A stretch of DNA of 64,000 nt from Schmidtea nova (lineage: Eukaryota). Below are positions 46,001 through 61,000 of this stretch, one piece after another. The notes below the pieces were generated by a model. It did no database searches. It had not been told where the DNA came from and saw only the letters and a list, made by a program, of their open reading frames with translations. Position 1 is the first letter of the stretch. Each line of letters opens with the position of its first letter. The stretch lies in NCBI GenBank assembly GCA_044892505.1, contig CM097884.1:152706001-152770000 (forward strand), written 5' to 3'. The position numbers were made by a program, and so were the translations under genes.

Positions 46001-49000
46001 ATAGTATCCATGCACGGGGAGAGGTCGTAACCATTCCTAGACTCCTAGATTGGTATCTAAGGGGGTGGGTTGGCTTCTTCCAACTTTTCGGATGTGAGAC
46101 ACCTGGTGGTCCTTCGGGGCTGCCCTTTTATGTGTATCACTATGAGTAAAAGTGTGCAAGGCTGAACTAAGTGTACATAGTACGGAGAAAAACCGGGTGT
46201 ACATTTGGGTTAAACTCTGATAAGGGAGGATCCCTGCCAATCCTGGGTGGGAAAAGCGGGTGAAGCATTCAATTCAACTCCGTACCTATAAGGACGGTCT
46301 GAAACGAAGCCTGTGCTTTAATCAGGAAAATAAAACTCCAGGTTAATAGCCCGTTTTACTTTATCAATGAGTTTCTCTAGCCATATGCCTCGACTGACAA
46401 AAATGATTCTATACAAAAGACCGACATAAAATTCTCTATTCAAAATAACCAGAACAAAAATCCTATTCAAAAATACCAGATCAAAAATCACTGTACAAAA
46501 TTTCAGAGTCCCTTTTTGCCCGAGAAAAAAATCTAGGAATAGAAAATCCTATTCAAAAGATTGACAAAAATTTCCTATACAAAAGATCGACCCAAAAATA
46601 TAGTGTCTCCCCAACCCACCTGTACAAAAGACCGACAAAATTTTCCTAATGTAGGTAAAAATGTAGGTCAAAATGTAGGTAAGGGAAGTCGGCAAATTAG
46701 ATCCGTACCTTCGGTAAAAGGATTGGCTCTAAGGACCGGGTATGATGGGCTTAGTTAAGAAATCAGTTGGTATAGAATTGAGCTGTTTTGATGCTGTTTT
46801 GAGGCAACTTGAAATGGTGTTGAGATGGTACTTTTTTAACTGGTTGATGGGAGAATTTTGCTTTGGTTGTTGGTCTTCGGATTGACGATCGTCGTTGTAC
46901 ACTAAACGGTCAACTTAGAACTGGCACGGACTAATTCGATCTGGACCTCAAATAAAATTATTGGCTCTAGAGACGCGGCGATGTGGATTTACAGGTTTAA
47001 CGGATCTGTAATGAACCTAGGCGTCAATCTAGAAGTGGTCCGGATTAGTAAATTTGATTGTATAGTAAAACTGCAAGGGACCTAGTGAGCCTGAGTGGTT
47101 AGAGCTATAATATCCCTTTTAATGTCTTATGCGTCTCCTCGGAGGCTATCTTCTCATGGGACTCCGGATATTATAGTATGTTCTTTGGCTACGGGAATTA
47201 GCTTGAGAACAGCAATCAGATTTTTGCCAAAATGTGTCTACTAATGTATCCGACATCTGCCGACGTCAAAGTTGGCCGGATATTTGCAGTGATACCGCTC
47301 TTGGCACCTTTAAGTACGGTATAGTACTGTTAGTGCACGAAGAGAAATCGCAATTACGGGCCTCCACGGGGTGCTTCCTGGTAACCATATTGTGTATGGG
47401 ACAGAAGACGTATGCGGTGGTGTATTAGTTTAGGTTGAAAGGTCTAAAGGGAAACCTTACAAGATTGGACAATTTGAATTAATGCATTTCAGGTGGGTCA
47501 ACGTGCTCACCGAGACAGATATCGACAGTCTTGTTGATAGTATCCATGCACGGGGAGAGGTCGTAACCATTCCTAGACTCCTAGATTGGTATCTAAGGGG
47601 GTGGGTTGGCTTCTTCCAACTTTTCGGATGTGAGACACCTGGTGGTCCTTCGGGGCTGCCCTTTTATGTGTATCACTATGAGTAAAAGTGTGCAAGGCTG
47701 AACTAAGTGTACATAGTACGGAGAAAAACCGGGTGTACATTTGGGTTAAACTCTGATAAGGGAGGATCCCTGCCAATCCTGGGTGGGAAAAGCGGGTGAA
47801 GCATTCAATTCAACTCCGTACCTATAAGGACGGTCTGAAACGAAGCCTGTGCTTTAATCAGGAAAATAAAACTCCAGGTTAATAGCCCGTTTTACTTTAT
47901 CAATGAGTTTCTCTAGCCATATGCCTCGACTGACAAAAATGATTCTATACAAAAGACCGACATAAAATTCTCTATTCAAAATAACCAGAACAAAAATCCT
48001 ATTCAAAAATACCAGATCAAAAATCACTGTACAAAATTTCAGAGTCCCTTTTTGCCCGAGAAAAAAATCTAGGAGTAGAAAATCCTATTCAAAAGATTGA
48101 CAAAAATTTCCTATACAAAAGATCGACCCAAAAACATAGTGGCTCCGCAACCCACCTGTACAAAAGACCGACAAAATTTTCCTAATGTAGGTCAAAATGT
48201 AGGTCAAAATGTAGGTAAGGGAAGTCGGCAAATTAGATCCGTACCTTCGGTAAAAGGATTGGCTCTAAGGACCGGGTATGATGGGCTTAGTTAAGAAGTC
48301 AGTTGGTATAGAATTGAGCTGTTTTGATGCTGTTTTGAGACAACTTGAAATGGTGTTGAGATGGTACTTTTTTAACTGGTTGATGGGAGAATTTTGCTTT
48401 GGTTGTTGGTCTTCGGATTGACGATCGTCGTTGTACACTAAACGGTCAACTTAGAACTGGCACGGACTAATTCGATCTGGACCTCAAATAAAATTATTGG
48501 CTCTAGAGACGCGGCGATGTGGATTTACAGGTTTAACGGATCTGTAATGAACCTAGGCGTCAATCTAGAAGTGGTCCGGATTAGTAAATTTGATTGTATA
48601 GTAAAACTGCAAGGGACCTAGTGAGCCTGAGTGGTTAGAGCTATAATATCCCTTTTAATGTCTTATGCGTCTCCTCGGAGGCTATCTTCTCATGGGACTC
48701 CGGATATTATAGTATGTTCTTTGGCTACGGGAATTAGCTTGAGAACAGCAATCAGATTTTTGCCAAAATGTGTCTACTAATGTATCCGACATCTGCCGAC
48801 GTCAAAGTTGGCCGGATATTTGCAGTGATACCGCTCTTGGCACCTTTAAGTACGGTATAGTACTGTTAGTGCACGAAGAGAAATCGCAATTACGGGCCTC
48901 CACGGGGTGCTTCCTGGTAACCATATTGTGTATGGGACAGAAGACGTATGCGGTGGTGTATTAGTTTAGGTTGAAAGGTCTAAAGGGAAACCTTACAAGA

Positions 49001-52000
49001 TTGGACAATTTGAATTAATGCATTCCAGGTGGGTCAACGTGCTCACCGAGACAGATATCGACAGTCTTGTTGATAGTATCCATGCACGGGGAGAGGTCGT
49101 AACCATTCCTAGACTCCTAGATTGGTATCTAAGGGGGTGGGTTGGCTTCTTCCAACTTTTCGGATGTGAGACACCTGGTGGTCCTTCGGGGCTGCCCTTT
49201 TATGTGTATCACTATGAGTAAAAGTGTGCAAGGCTGAACTAAGTGTACATAGTACGGAGAAAAACCGGGTGTACATTTGGGTTAAACTCTGATAAGGGAG
49301 GATCCCTGCCAATCCTGGGTGGGAAAAGCGGGTGAAGCATTCAATTCAACTCCGTACCTATAAGGACGGTCTGAAACGAAGCCTGTGCTTTAATCAGGAA
49401 AATAAAACTCCAGGTTAATAGCCCGTTTTACTTTATCAATGAGTTTCTCTAGCCATATGCCTCGACTGACAAAAATGATTCTATACAAAAGATTGACAAA
49501 AAATTTTCTATACAAAAGACCGACATAAAATTCTCTATTCAAAATAACCAGAACAAAAATCCTATTCAAAAATACCAGATCAAAAATCACTGTACAAAAT
49601 TTCAGAGTCCCTTTTTGCCCGAGAAAAAAATCTAGGAGTAGAAAATCCTATTCAAAAGATTGACAAAAATTTCCTATACAAAAGATCGACCCAAAAACAT
49701 AGTGGCTCCGCAACTTACCTGTACAAAAGACCGACAAAATTTTCCTAATGTAGGTCAAAATGTAGGTCAAAATGTAGGTAAGGGAAGTCGGCAAATTAGA
49801 TCCGTTCCTTCGGTAAAAGGATTGGCTCTAAGGACCGGGTATGATGGGCTTAGTTAAGAAGTCAGTTGGTATAGAATTGAGCTGTTTTGATGCTGTTTTG
49901 AGACAACTTGAAATGGTGTTGAGATGGTACTTTTTTAACTGGTTGATGGGAGAATTTTGCTTTGGTTGTTGGTCTTCGGATTGACGATCGTCGTTGTACA
50001 CTAAACGGTCAACTTAGAACTGGCACGGACTAATTCGATCTGGACCTCAAATAAAATTATTGGCTCTAGAGACGCGGCGATGTGGATTTACAGGTTTAAC
50101 GGATTTGTAATGAACCTAGGCGTCAATCTAGAAGTGGTCCGGATTAGTAAATTTGATTGTATAGTAAAACTGCAAGGGACCTAGTGAGCCTGAGTGGTTA
50201 GAGCTATAATATCCCTTTTAATGTCTTATGCGTCTCCTCGGAGGCTATCTTCTCATGGGACTCCGGATATTATAGTATGTTCTTTGGCTACGGGAATTAG
50301 CTTGAGAACAGCAATCAGATTTTTGCCAAAATGTGTCTACTAATGTATCCGACATCTGCCGACGTCAAAGTTGGCCGGATATTTGCAGTGATACCGCTCT
50401 TGGCACCTTTAAGTACGGTATAGTACTGTTAGTGCACGAAGAGAAATCGCAATTACGGGCCTCCACGGGGTGCTTCCTGGTAACCATATTGTGTATGGGA
50501 CAGAAGACGTATGCGGTGGTGTATTAGTTTAGGTTGAAAGGTCTAAAGGGAAACCTTACAAGATTGGACAATTTGAATTAATGCATTCCAGGTGGGTCAA
50601 CGTGCTCACCGAGATGGATATCGACAGTCTTGTTGATAGTATCCATGCACGGGGAGAGGTCGTAACCATTCCTAGACTCCTAGATTGGTATCTAAGGGGG
50701 TGGGTTGGCTTCTTCCAACTTTTCGGATGTGAGACACCTGGTGGTCCTTCGGGGCTGCCCTTTTATGTGTATCACTATGAGTAAAAGTGTGCAAGGCTGA
50801 ACTAAGTGTACATAGTACGGAGAAAAACCGGGTGTACATTTGGGTTAAACTCTGATAAGGGAGGATCCCTGCCAATCCTGGGTGGGAAAAGCGGGTGAAG
50901 CATTCAATTCAACTCCGTACCTATAAGGATGGTCTGAAACGAAGCCTGTGCTTTATTCAGGAAAATAAAACTCCAGGTTAATAGCCCGTTTTACTTTATC
51001 AATGAGTTTCTCTAGCCATATGCCTCGACTGACAAAAATGATTCTATACAAAAGATTGACAAAAAATTTTTCTATACAAAAGACCGACATAAAATTCTCT
51101 ATTCAAAATAACCAGAACAAAAATCCTATTCAAAAATACCAGATCAAAAATCACTGTACAAAATTTCAGAGTCCCTTTTTGCCCGAGAAAAAAATCTAGG
51201 AGTAGAAAATCCTATTCAAAAGATTGACAAAAATTTCCTATACAAAAGATCGACCCAAAAATATAGTGTCTCCCCAACCCACCTGTACAAAAGACCGACA
51301 AAATTTTCCTAATGTAGGTAAAAATGTAGGTCAAAATGTAGGTAAGGGAAGTCGGCAAATTAGATCCGTACCTTCGGTAAAAGGATTGGCTCTAAGGACC
51401 GGGTATGATGGGCTTAGTTAAGAAGTCAGTTGGTATAGAATTGAGCTGTTTTGATGCTGTTTTGAGGCAACTTGAAATGGTGTTGAGATGGTACTTTTTT
51501 AACTGGTTGATGGGAGAATTTTGCTTTGGTTGTTGGTCTTCGGATTGACGATCGTCGTTGTACACTAAACGGTCAACTTAGAACTGGCACGGACTAATTC
51601 GATCTGGACCTCAAATAAAATTATTGGCTCTAGAGACGCGGCGATGTGGATTTACAGGTTTAACGGATCTGTAATGAACCTAGGCGTCAATCTAGAAGTG
51701 GTCCGGATTAGTAAATTTGATTGTATAGTAAAACTGCAAGGGACCTAGTGAGCCTGAGTGGTTAGAGCTATAATATCCCTTTTAATGTCTTATGCGTCTC
51801 CTCGGAGGCTATCTTCTCATGGGACTCCGGATATTATAGTATGTTCTTTGGCTACGGGAATTAGCTTGAGAACAGCAATCAGATTTTTGCCAAAATGTGT
51901 CTACTAATGTATCCGACATCTGCCGACGTCAAAGTTGGCCGGATATTTGCAGTGATACCGCTCTTGGCACCTTTAAGTACGGTATAGTACTGTTAGTGCA

Positions 52001-55000
52001 CGAAGAGAAATCGCAATTACGGGCCTCCACGGGGTGCTTCCTGGTAACCATATTGTGTATGGGACAGAAGACGTATGCGGTGGTGTATTAGTTTAGGTTG
52101 AAAGGTCTAAAGGGAAACCTTACAAGATTGGACAAAAATTTAATGCATTTCAGGTGGGTCAACGTGCTCACCGAGACAGATATCGACAGTCTTGTTGATA
52201 GTATCCATGCACGGGGAGAGGTCGTAACCATTCCTAGACTCCTAGATTGGTATCTAAGGGGGTGGGTTGGCTTCTTCCAACCTTTCGGATGTGAGACACC
52301 TGGTGGTCCTTCGGGGCTGCCCTTTTATGTGTATCACTATGAGTAAAAGTGTGCAAGGCTGAACTAAGTGTACATAGTACGGAGAAAAACCGGGTGTACA
52401 TTTGGGTTAAACTCTGATAAGGGAGGATCCCTGCCAATCCTGGGTGGGAAAAGCGGGTGAAGCATTCAATTCAACTCCGTACCTATAAGGACGGTCTGAA
52501 ACGAAGCCTGTGCTTTAATCAGGAAAATAAAACTCCAGGTTAATAGCCCGTTTTACTTTATCAATGAGTTTCTCTAGCCATATGCCTCGACTGACAAAAA
52601 TGATTCTATACAAAAGATTGACAAAAAATTTTTCTATACAAAAGACCGACATAAAATTCTCTATTCAAAATAACCAGAACAAAAATCCTATTCAAAAATA
52701 CCAGATCAAAAATCACTGTACAAAATTTCAGAGTCCCTTTTTGCCCGAGAAAAAAATCTAGGAGTAGAAAATCCTATTCAAAAGATTGACAAAAATTTCC
52801 TATACAAAAGATCGACCCAAAAATATAGTGTCTCCCCAACCCACCTGTACAAAAGACCGACAAAATTTTCCTAATGTAGGTAAAAATGTAGGTCAAAATG
52901 TAGGTAAGGGAAGTCGGCAAATTAGATCCGTACCTTCGGTAAAAGGATTGGCTCTAAGGACCGGGTATGATGGGCTTAGTTAAGAAGTCAGTTGGTATAG
53001 AATTGAGCTGTTTTGATGCTGTTTTGAGGCAACTTGAAATGGTGTTGAGATGGTACTTTTTTAACTGGTTGATGGGAGAATTTTGCTTTGGTTGTTGGTC
53101 TTCGGATTGACGATCGTCGTTGTACACTAAACGGTCAACTTAGAACTGGCACGGACTAATTCGATCTGGACCTCAAATAAACTTATTGGCTCTAGAGACG
53201 CGGCGATGTGGATTTACAGGTTTAACGGATCTGTAATGAACCTAGGCGTCAATCTAGAAGTGGTCCGGATTAGTAAATTTGATTGTATAGTAAAACTGCA
53301 AGGGACCTAGTGAGCCTGAGTGGTTAGAGCTATAATATCCCTTTTAATGTCTTATGCGTCTCCTCGGAGGCTATCTTCTCATGGGACTCCGGATATTATA
53401 GTATGTTCTTTGGCTACGGGAATTAGCTTGAGAACAGCAATCAGATTTTTGCCAAAATGTGTCTACTAATGTATCCGACATCTGCCGACGTCAAAGTTGG
53501 CCGGATATTTGCAGTGATACCGCTCTTGGCACCTTTAAGTACGGTATAGTACTGTTAGTGCACGAAGAGAAATCGCAATTACGGGCCTCCACGGGGTGCT
53601 TCCTGGTAACCATATTGTGTATGGGACAGAAGACGTATGCGGTGGTGTATTAGTTTAGGTTGAAAGGTCTAAAGGGAAACCTTACAAGATTGGACAATTT
53701 GAATTAATGCATTTCAGGTGGGTCAACGTGCTCACCGAGACAGATATCGACAGTCTTGTTGATAGTATCCATGCACGGGGAGAGGTCGTAACCATTCCTA
53801 GACTCCTAGATTGGTATCTAAGGGGGTGGGTTGGCTTCTTCCAACTTTTCGGATGTGAGACACCTGGTGGTCCTTCGGGGCTGCCCTTTTATGTGTATCA
53901 CTATGAGTAAAAGTGTGCAAGGCTGAACTAAGTGTACATAGTACGGAGAAAAACCGGGTGTACATTTGGGTTAAACTCTGATAAGGGAGGATCCCTGCCA
54001 ATCCTGGGTGGGAAAAGCGGGTGAAGCATTCAATTCAACTCCGTACCTATAAGGACGGTCTGAAACGAAGCCTGTGCTTTAATCAGGAAAATAAAACTCC
54101 AGGTTAATAGCCCGTTTTACTTTATCAATGAGTTTCTCTAGCCATATGCCTCGACTGACAAAAATGATTCTATACAAAAGATTGACAAAAAATTTTCTAT
54201 ACAAAAGACCGACATAAAATTCTCTATTCAAAATAACCAGAACAAAAATCCTATTCAAAAATACCAGATCAAAAATCACTGTACAAAATTTCAGAGTCCC
54301 TTTTTGCCCGAGAAAAAAATCTAGGAGTAGAAAATCCTATTCAAAAGATTGACAAAAATTTCCTATACAAAAGATCGACCCAAAAACATAGTGGCTCCGC
54401 AACCCACCTGTACAAAAGACCGACAAAATTTTCCTAATGTAGGTCAAAATGTAGGTCAAAATGTAGGTAAGGGAAGTCGGCAAATTAGATCCGTACCTTC
54501 GGTAAAAGGATTGGCTCTAAGGACCGGGTATGATGGGCTTAGTTAAGAAGTCAGTTGGTATAGAATTGAGCTGTTTTGATGCTGTTTTGAGACAACTTGA
54601 AATGGTGTTGAGATGGTACTTTTTTAACTGGTTGATGGGAGAATTTTGCTTTGGTTGTTGGTCTTCGGATTGACGATCGTCGTTGTACACTAAACGGTCA
54701 ACTTAGAACTGGCACGGACTAATTCGATCTGGACCTCAAATAAAATTATTGGCTCTAGAGACGCGGCGATGTGGATTTACAGGTTTAACGGATTTGTAAT
54801 GAACCTAGGCGTCAATCTAGAAGTGGTCCGGATTAGTAAATTTGATTGTATAGTAAAACTGCAAGGGACCTAGTGAGCCTGAGTGGTTAGAGCTATAATA
54901 TCCCTTTTAATGTCTTATGCGTCTCCTCGGAGGCTATCTTCTCATGGGACTCCGGATATTATAGTATGTTCTTTGGCTACGGGAATTAGCTTGAGAACAG

Positions 55001-58000
55001 CAATCAGATTTTTGCCAAAATGTGTCTACTAATGTATCCGACATCTGCCGACGTCAAAGTTGGCCGGATATTTGCAGTGATACCGCTCTTGGCACCTTTA
55101 AGTACGGTATAGTACTGTTAGTGCACGAAGAGAAATCGCAATTACGGGCCTCCACGGGGTGCTTCCTGGTAACCATATTGTGTATGGGACAGAAGACGTA
55201 TGCGGTGGTGTATTAGTTTAGGTTGAAAGGTCTAAAGGGAAACCTTACAAGATTGGACAATTTGAATTAATGCATTCCAGGTGGGTCAACGTGCTCACCG
55301 AGACAGATATCGACAGTCTTGTTGATAGTATCCATGCACGGGGAGAGGTCGTAACCATTCCTAGACTCCTAGATTGGTATCTAAGGGGGTGGGTTGGCTT
55401 CTTCCAACTTTTCGGATGTGAGACACCTGGTGGTCCTTCGGGGCTGCCCTTTTATGTGTATCACTATGAGTAAAAGTGTGCAAGGCTGAACTAAGTGTAC
55501 ATAGTACGGAGAAAAACCGGGTGTACATTTGGGTTAAACTCTGATAAGGGAGGATCCCTGCCAATCCTGGGTGGGAAAAGCGGGTGAAGCATTCAATTCA
55601 ACTCCGTACCTATAAGGACGGTCTGAAACGAAGCCTGTGCTTTAATCAGGAAAATAAAACTCCAGGTTAATAGCCCGTTTTACTTTATCAATGAGTTTCT
55701 CTAGCCATATGCCTCGACTGACAAAAATGATTCTATACAAAAGATTGACAAAAAATTTTTCTATACAAAAGACCGACATAAAATTCTCTATTCAAAATAA
55801 CCAGAACAAAAATCCTATTCAAAAATACCAGATCAAAAATCACTGTACAAAATTTCAGAGTCCCTTTTTGCCCGAGAAAAAAATCTAGGAGTAGAAAATC
55901 CTATTCAAAAGATTGACAAAAATTTCCTATACAAAAGATCGACCCAAAAATATAGTGTCTCCCCAACCCACCTGTACAAAAGACCGACAAAATTTTCCTA
56001 ATGTAGGTAAAAATGTAGGTCAAAATGTAGGTAAGGGAAGTCGGCAAATTAGATCCGTACCTTCGGTAAAAGGATTGGCTCTAAGGACCGGGTATGATGG
56101 GCTTAGTTAAGAAGTCAGTTGGTATAGAATTGAGCTGTTTTGATGCTGTTTTGAGGCAACTTGAAATGGTGTTGAGATGGTACTTTTTTAACTGGTTGAT
56201 GGGGGAATTTTGCTTTGGTTGTTGGTCTTCGGATTGACGATCGTCGTTGTACACTAAACGGTCAACTTAGAACTGGCACGGACTAATTCGATCTGGACCT
56301 CAAATAAAATTATTGGCTCTAGAGACGCGGCGATGTGGATTTACAGGTTTAACGGATCTGTAATGAACCTAGGCGTCAATCTAGAAGTGGTCCGGATTAG
56401 TAAATTTGATTGTATAGTAAAACTGCAAGGGACCTAGTGAGCCTGAGTGGTTAGAGCTATAATATCCCTTTTAATGTCTTATGCGTCTCCTCGGAGGCTA
56501 TCTTCTCATGGGACTCCGGATATTATAGTATGTTCTTTGGCTACGGGAATTAGCTTGAGAACAGCAATCAGATTTTTGCCAAAATGTGTCTACTAATGTA
56601 TCCGACATCTGCCGACGTCAAAGTTGGCCGGATATTTGCAGTGATACCGCTCTTGGCACCTTTAAGTACGGTATAGTACTGTTAGTGCACGAAGAGAAAT
56701 CGCAATTACGGGCCTCCACGGGGTGCTTCCTGGTAACCATATTGTGTATGGGACAGAAGACGTATGCGGTGGTGTATTAGTTTAGGTTGAAAGGTCTAAA
56801 GGGAAACCTTACAAGATTGGCCAATTTGAATTAATGCATTTCAGGTTGGTCAACGTGCTCACCGAGATGGATATCGACAGTCTTGTTGATAGTATCCATG
56901 CACGGGTAGAGGTCGTAACCATTCCTAGACTCCTAGATTGGTATCTAAGGGGGTGGGTTGGCTTCTTCCAACTTTTCGTATGTGAGACACCTGGTGGTCC
57001 TTCGGGGCTGCCCTTTTATGTGTATCACTATGAGTAAAAGTGTGCAAGGCTGAACTGAGTGTACATAGTACGGAGAAAAACCGGGTGTACATTTGGGTTA
57101 AACTCTGATAAGGGAGGATCCCTGCCAATCCTGGGTGGGAAAAGCGGGTGAAGCATTCAATTCAACTCCGTACCTATAAGGACGGTCTGAAACGAAGCCT
57201 GTGCTTTAATCAGGAAATTAAAACTCCAGGTTAATAGCCCGTTTTACTTTATCAATGAATTTCTCTAGCCATATGCCTCGACTGACAAAAATGATTCTAT
57301 ACAAAAGATTGACAAAAAATTTTTCTATACAAAAGACCGACATAAAATTCTCTATTCAAAATAACCAGAACAAAAATCCTATTCAAAAATACCAGATCAA
57401 AAATCACTGTACAAAATTTCAGAGTCCTTTTTTGCCCGAGAAAAAAATCTAGGAGTAGAAAATCCTATTCAAAAGATTGACAAAAATTTCCTATACAAAA
57501 GATCGACCCAAAAACATAGTGGCTCCCCAACCCACCTGTACAAAAGACCGACAAAATTTTCCTAATGTAGGTAAAAATGTAGGTCAAAATGTAGGTAAGG
57601 GAAGTCGGCAAATTAGATCCGTACCTTCGGTAAAAGGATTGGCTCTAAGGACCGGGTATGATGGGCTTAGTCAAGAAGTCAGTTGGTATAGAATTGAGCT
57701 GTTTTGATGCTGTTTTGAGACAACTTGAAATGGTGTTGAGATGGTACTTTTTTAACTGGTTGATGGGAGAATTTTGCTTTGGTTGTTGGTCTTCGGATTG
57801 ACGATCGTCGTTGTACACTAAACGGTCAACTTAGAACTGGCACGGACTAATTCGATCTGGACCTCAAATAAAATTATTGGCTCTAGAGACGCGGCGATGT
57901 GGATTTACAGGTTTAACGGATCTGTAATGAACCTAGGCGTCAATCTAGAAGTGGTCCGGATTAGTAAATTTGATTGTATAGTAAAACTGCAAGGGACCTA

Positions 58001-61000
58001 GTGAGCCTGAGTGGTTAGAGCTATAATATCCCTTTTAATGTCTTATGCGTCTCCTCGGAGGCTATCTTCTCATGGGACTCCGGATATTATAGTATGTTCT
58101 TTGGCTACGGGAATTAGCTTGAGAACAGCAATCAGATTTTTGCCAAAATGTGTCTACTAATGTATCCGACATCTGCCGACGTCAAAGTTGGCCGGATATT
58201 TGCAGTGATACCGCTTTTGGCACCTTTAAGTACGGTATAGTACTGTTAGTGCACGAAGAGAAATCGCAATTACGGGCCTCCGCGGGTGCTTCCTGGTAAC
58301 CATATTGTGTATGGGACAGAAGACGTATGCGGTGGTGTATTAGTTTAGGTTGAAAGGTCTAAAGGGAAACCTTACAAGATTGGACAATTTGAATTAATGC
58401 ATTTCAGGTGGGTCAACGTGCTCACCGAGATGGATATCGACAGTCTTGTTGATAGTATCCATGCACGGGTAGAGGTCGTAACCATTCCTAGACTCCTAGA
58501 TTGGTATCTAAGGGGGTGGGTTGGCTTCTTCCAACTTTTCGGATGTGAGACAACTGGTGGTCCTTCGGGGCTGCCCTTTTATGTGTATCACTATGAGTAA
58601 AAGTGTGCAAGGCTGAACTGAGTGTACATCGTACGGAGAAAAACCGGGTGTACATTTGGGTTAAACTCTGATAAGGGAGGATCCCTGCCAATCCTGGGTG
58701 GGAAAAGCGGGTGAAGCATTCAATTCAACTCCGTACCTATAAGGACGGTCTGAAACGAAGCCTGTGCTTTAATCAGGAAAATAAAACTCCACGTTAATAG
58801 CCCGTTTTACTTTATCAATGAGTTTCTCTAGCCATATGCCTCGACTGACAAAAATGATTCTATACAAAAGATTGACAAAACATTTTTCTATACAAAAGAC
58901 TGACATAAAATTCTCTATTCAAAATAACCAGAACAAAAATCCTATTCAAAAATACCAGATCAAAAATCACTGTACAAAATTTCAGAGTCCCTTTTTGCCC
59001 GAGAAAAAAATCTAGGAGTAGAAAATCCTATTCAAAAGATTGACAAAATTTCCTATACAAAAGATCGACCCAAAAACATAGTGGCTCCCCAACCCACCTG
59101 TACAAAAGACCGACAAAATTTTCCTAATGTAGGTAAAAATGTAGGTCAAAATGTAGGTAAGGGAAGTCGGCAAATTAGATCCGTACCTTCGGTAAAAGGA
59201 TTGGCTCTAAGGACCGGGTATGATGGGCTTAGTTAAGAAGTCAGTTGGTATAGAATTGAGCTGTTTTGATGCTGTTTTGAGGCAACTTGAAATGGTGTTG
59301 AGATGGTACTTTTTTAACTGGTTGATGGGGGAATTTTGCTTTGGTTGTTGGTCTTCGGATTGACGATCGTCGTTGTACACTAAACGGTCAACTTAGAACT
59401 GGCACGGACTAATTCGATCTGGACCTCAAATAAAATTATTGGCTCTAGAGACGCGGCGATGTGGATTTACAGGTTTAACGGATCTGTAATGAACCTAGGC
59501 GTCAATCTAGAAGTGGTCCGGATTAGTAAATTTGATTGTATAGTAAAACTGCAAGGGACCTAGTGAGCCTGAGTGGTTAGAGCTATAATATCCCTTTTAA
59601 TGTCTTATGCGTCTCCTCGGAGGCTATCTTCTCATGGGACTCCGGATATTATAGTATGTTCTTTGGCTACGGGAATTAGCTTGAGAACAGCAATCAGATT
59701 TTTGCCAAAATGTGTCTACTAATGTATCCGACATCTGCCGACGTCAAAGTTGGCCGGATATTTGCAGTGATACCGCTTTTGGCACCTTTAAGTACGGTAT
59801 AGTACTGTTAGTGCACGAAGAGAAATCGCAATTACGGGCCTCCGCGGGGTGCTTCCTGGTAACCATATTGTGTATGGGACAGAAGACGTATGCGGTGGTG
59901 TATTAGTTTAGGTTGAAAGGTCTAAAGGGAAACCTTACAAGATTGGACAATTTGAATTAATGCATTTCAGGTGGGTCAACGTGCTCACCGAGACAGATAT
60001 CGACAGTCTTGTTGATAGTATCCATGCACGGGTAGAGGTCGTAACCATTCCTAGACTCCTAGATTGGTATCTAAGGGGGTGGGTTGGCTTCTTCCAACTT
60101 TTCGGATGTGAGACACCTGGTGGTCCTTCGGGGCTGCCCTTTTATGTGTATCACTATGAGTAAAAGTGTGCAAGGCTGAACTGAGTGTACATCGTACGGA
60201 GAAAAACCGGGTGTACATTTGGGTTAAACTCTGATAAGGGAGGATCCCTGCCAATCCTGGGTGGGAAAAGCGGGTGAAGCATTCAATTCAACTCCGTACC
60301 TATAAGGACGGTCTGAAACGAAGCCTGTGCTTTAATCAGGAAAATAAAACTCCAGGTTAATAGCCCGTTTTACTTTATCAATGAGTTTCTCTAGCCATAT
60401 GCCTCGACTGACAAAAATGATTCTATTCAAAAGATTGACAAAACATTTTTCTATACAAAAGACCGACATAAAATTCTCTATTCAAAATAACCAGAACAAA
60501 AATCCTATTCAAAAATACCAGATCAAAAATCACTGTACAAAATTTCAGAGTCCCTTTTTGCCCGAGAAAAAAATCTAGGAGTAGAAAATCCTATTCAAAA
60601 GATTGACAAAAATTTCCTATACAAAAGATCGACCCAAAAACATAGTGGCTCCCCAACCCACCTGTACAAAAGACCGACAAAATTTTCCTAATGTAGGTAA
60701 AAATGTAGGTCAAAATGTAGGTAAGGGAAGTCGGCAAATTAGATCCGTACCTTCGTTAAAAGGATTGGCTCTAAGGACCGGGTATGATGGGCTTAGTTAA
60801 GAAGTCAGTTGGTATAGAATTGAGCTGTTTTGATGCTGTTTTGAGGCAACTTGAAATGGTGTTGAGATGGTACTTTTTTAACTGGTTGATGGGGGAATTT
60901 TGCTTTGGTTGTTGGTCTTCGGATTGACGATCGTCGTTGTACACTAAACGGTCAACTTAGAACTGGCACGGACTAATTCGATCTGGACCTCAAATAAAAT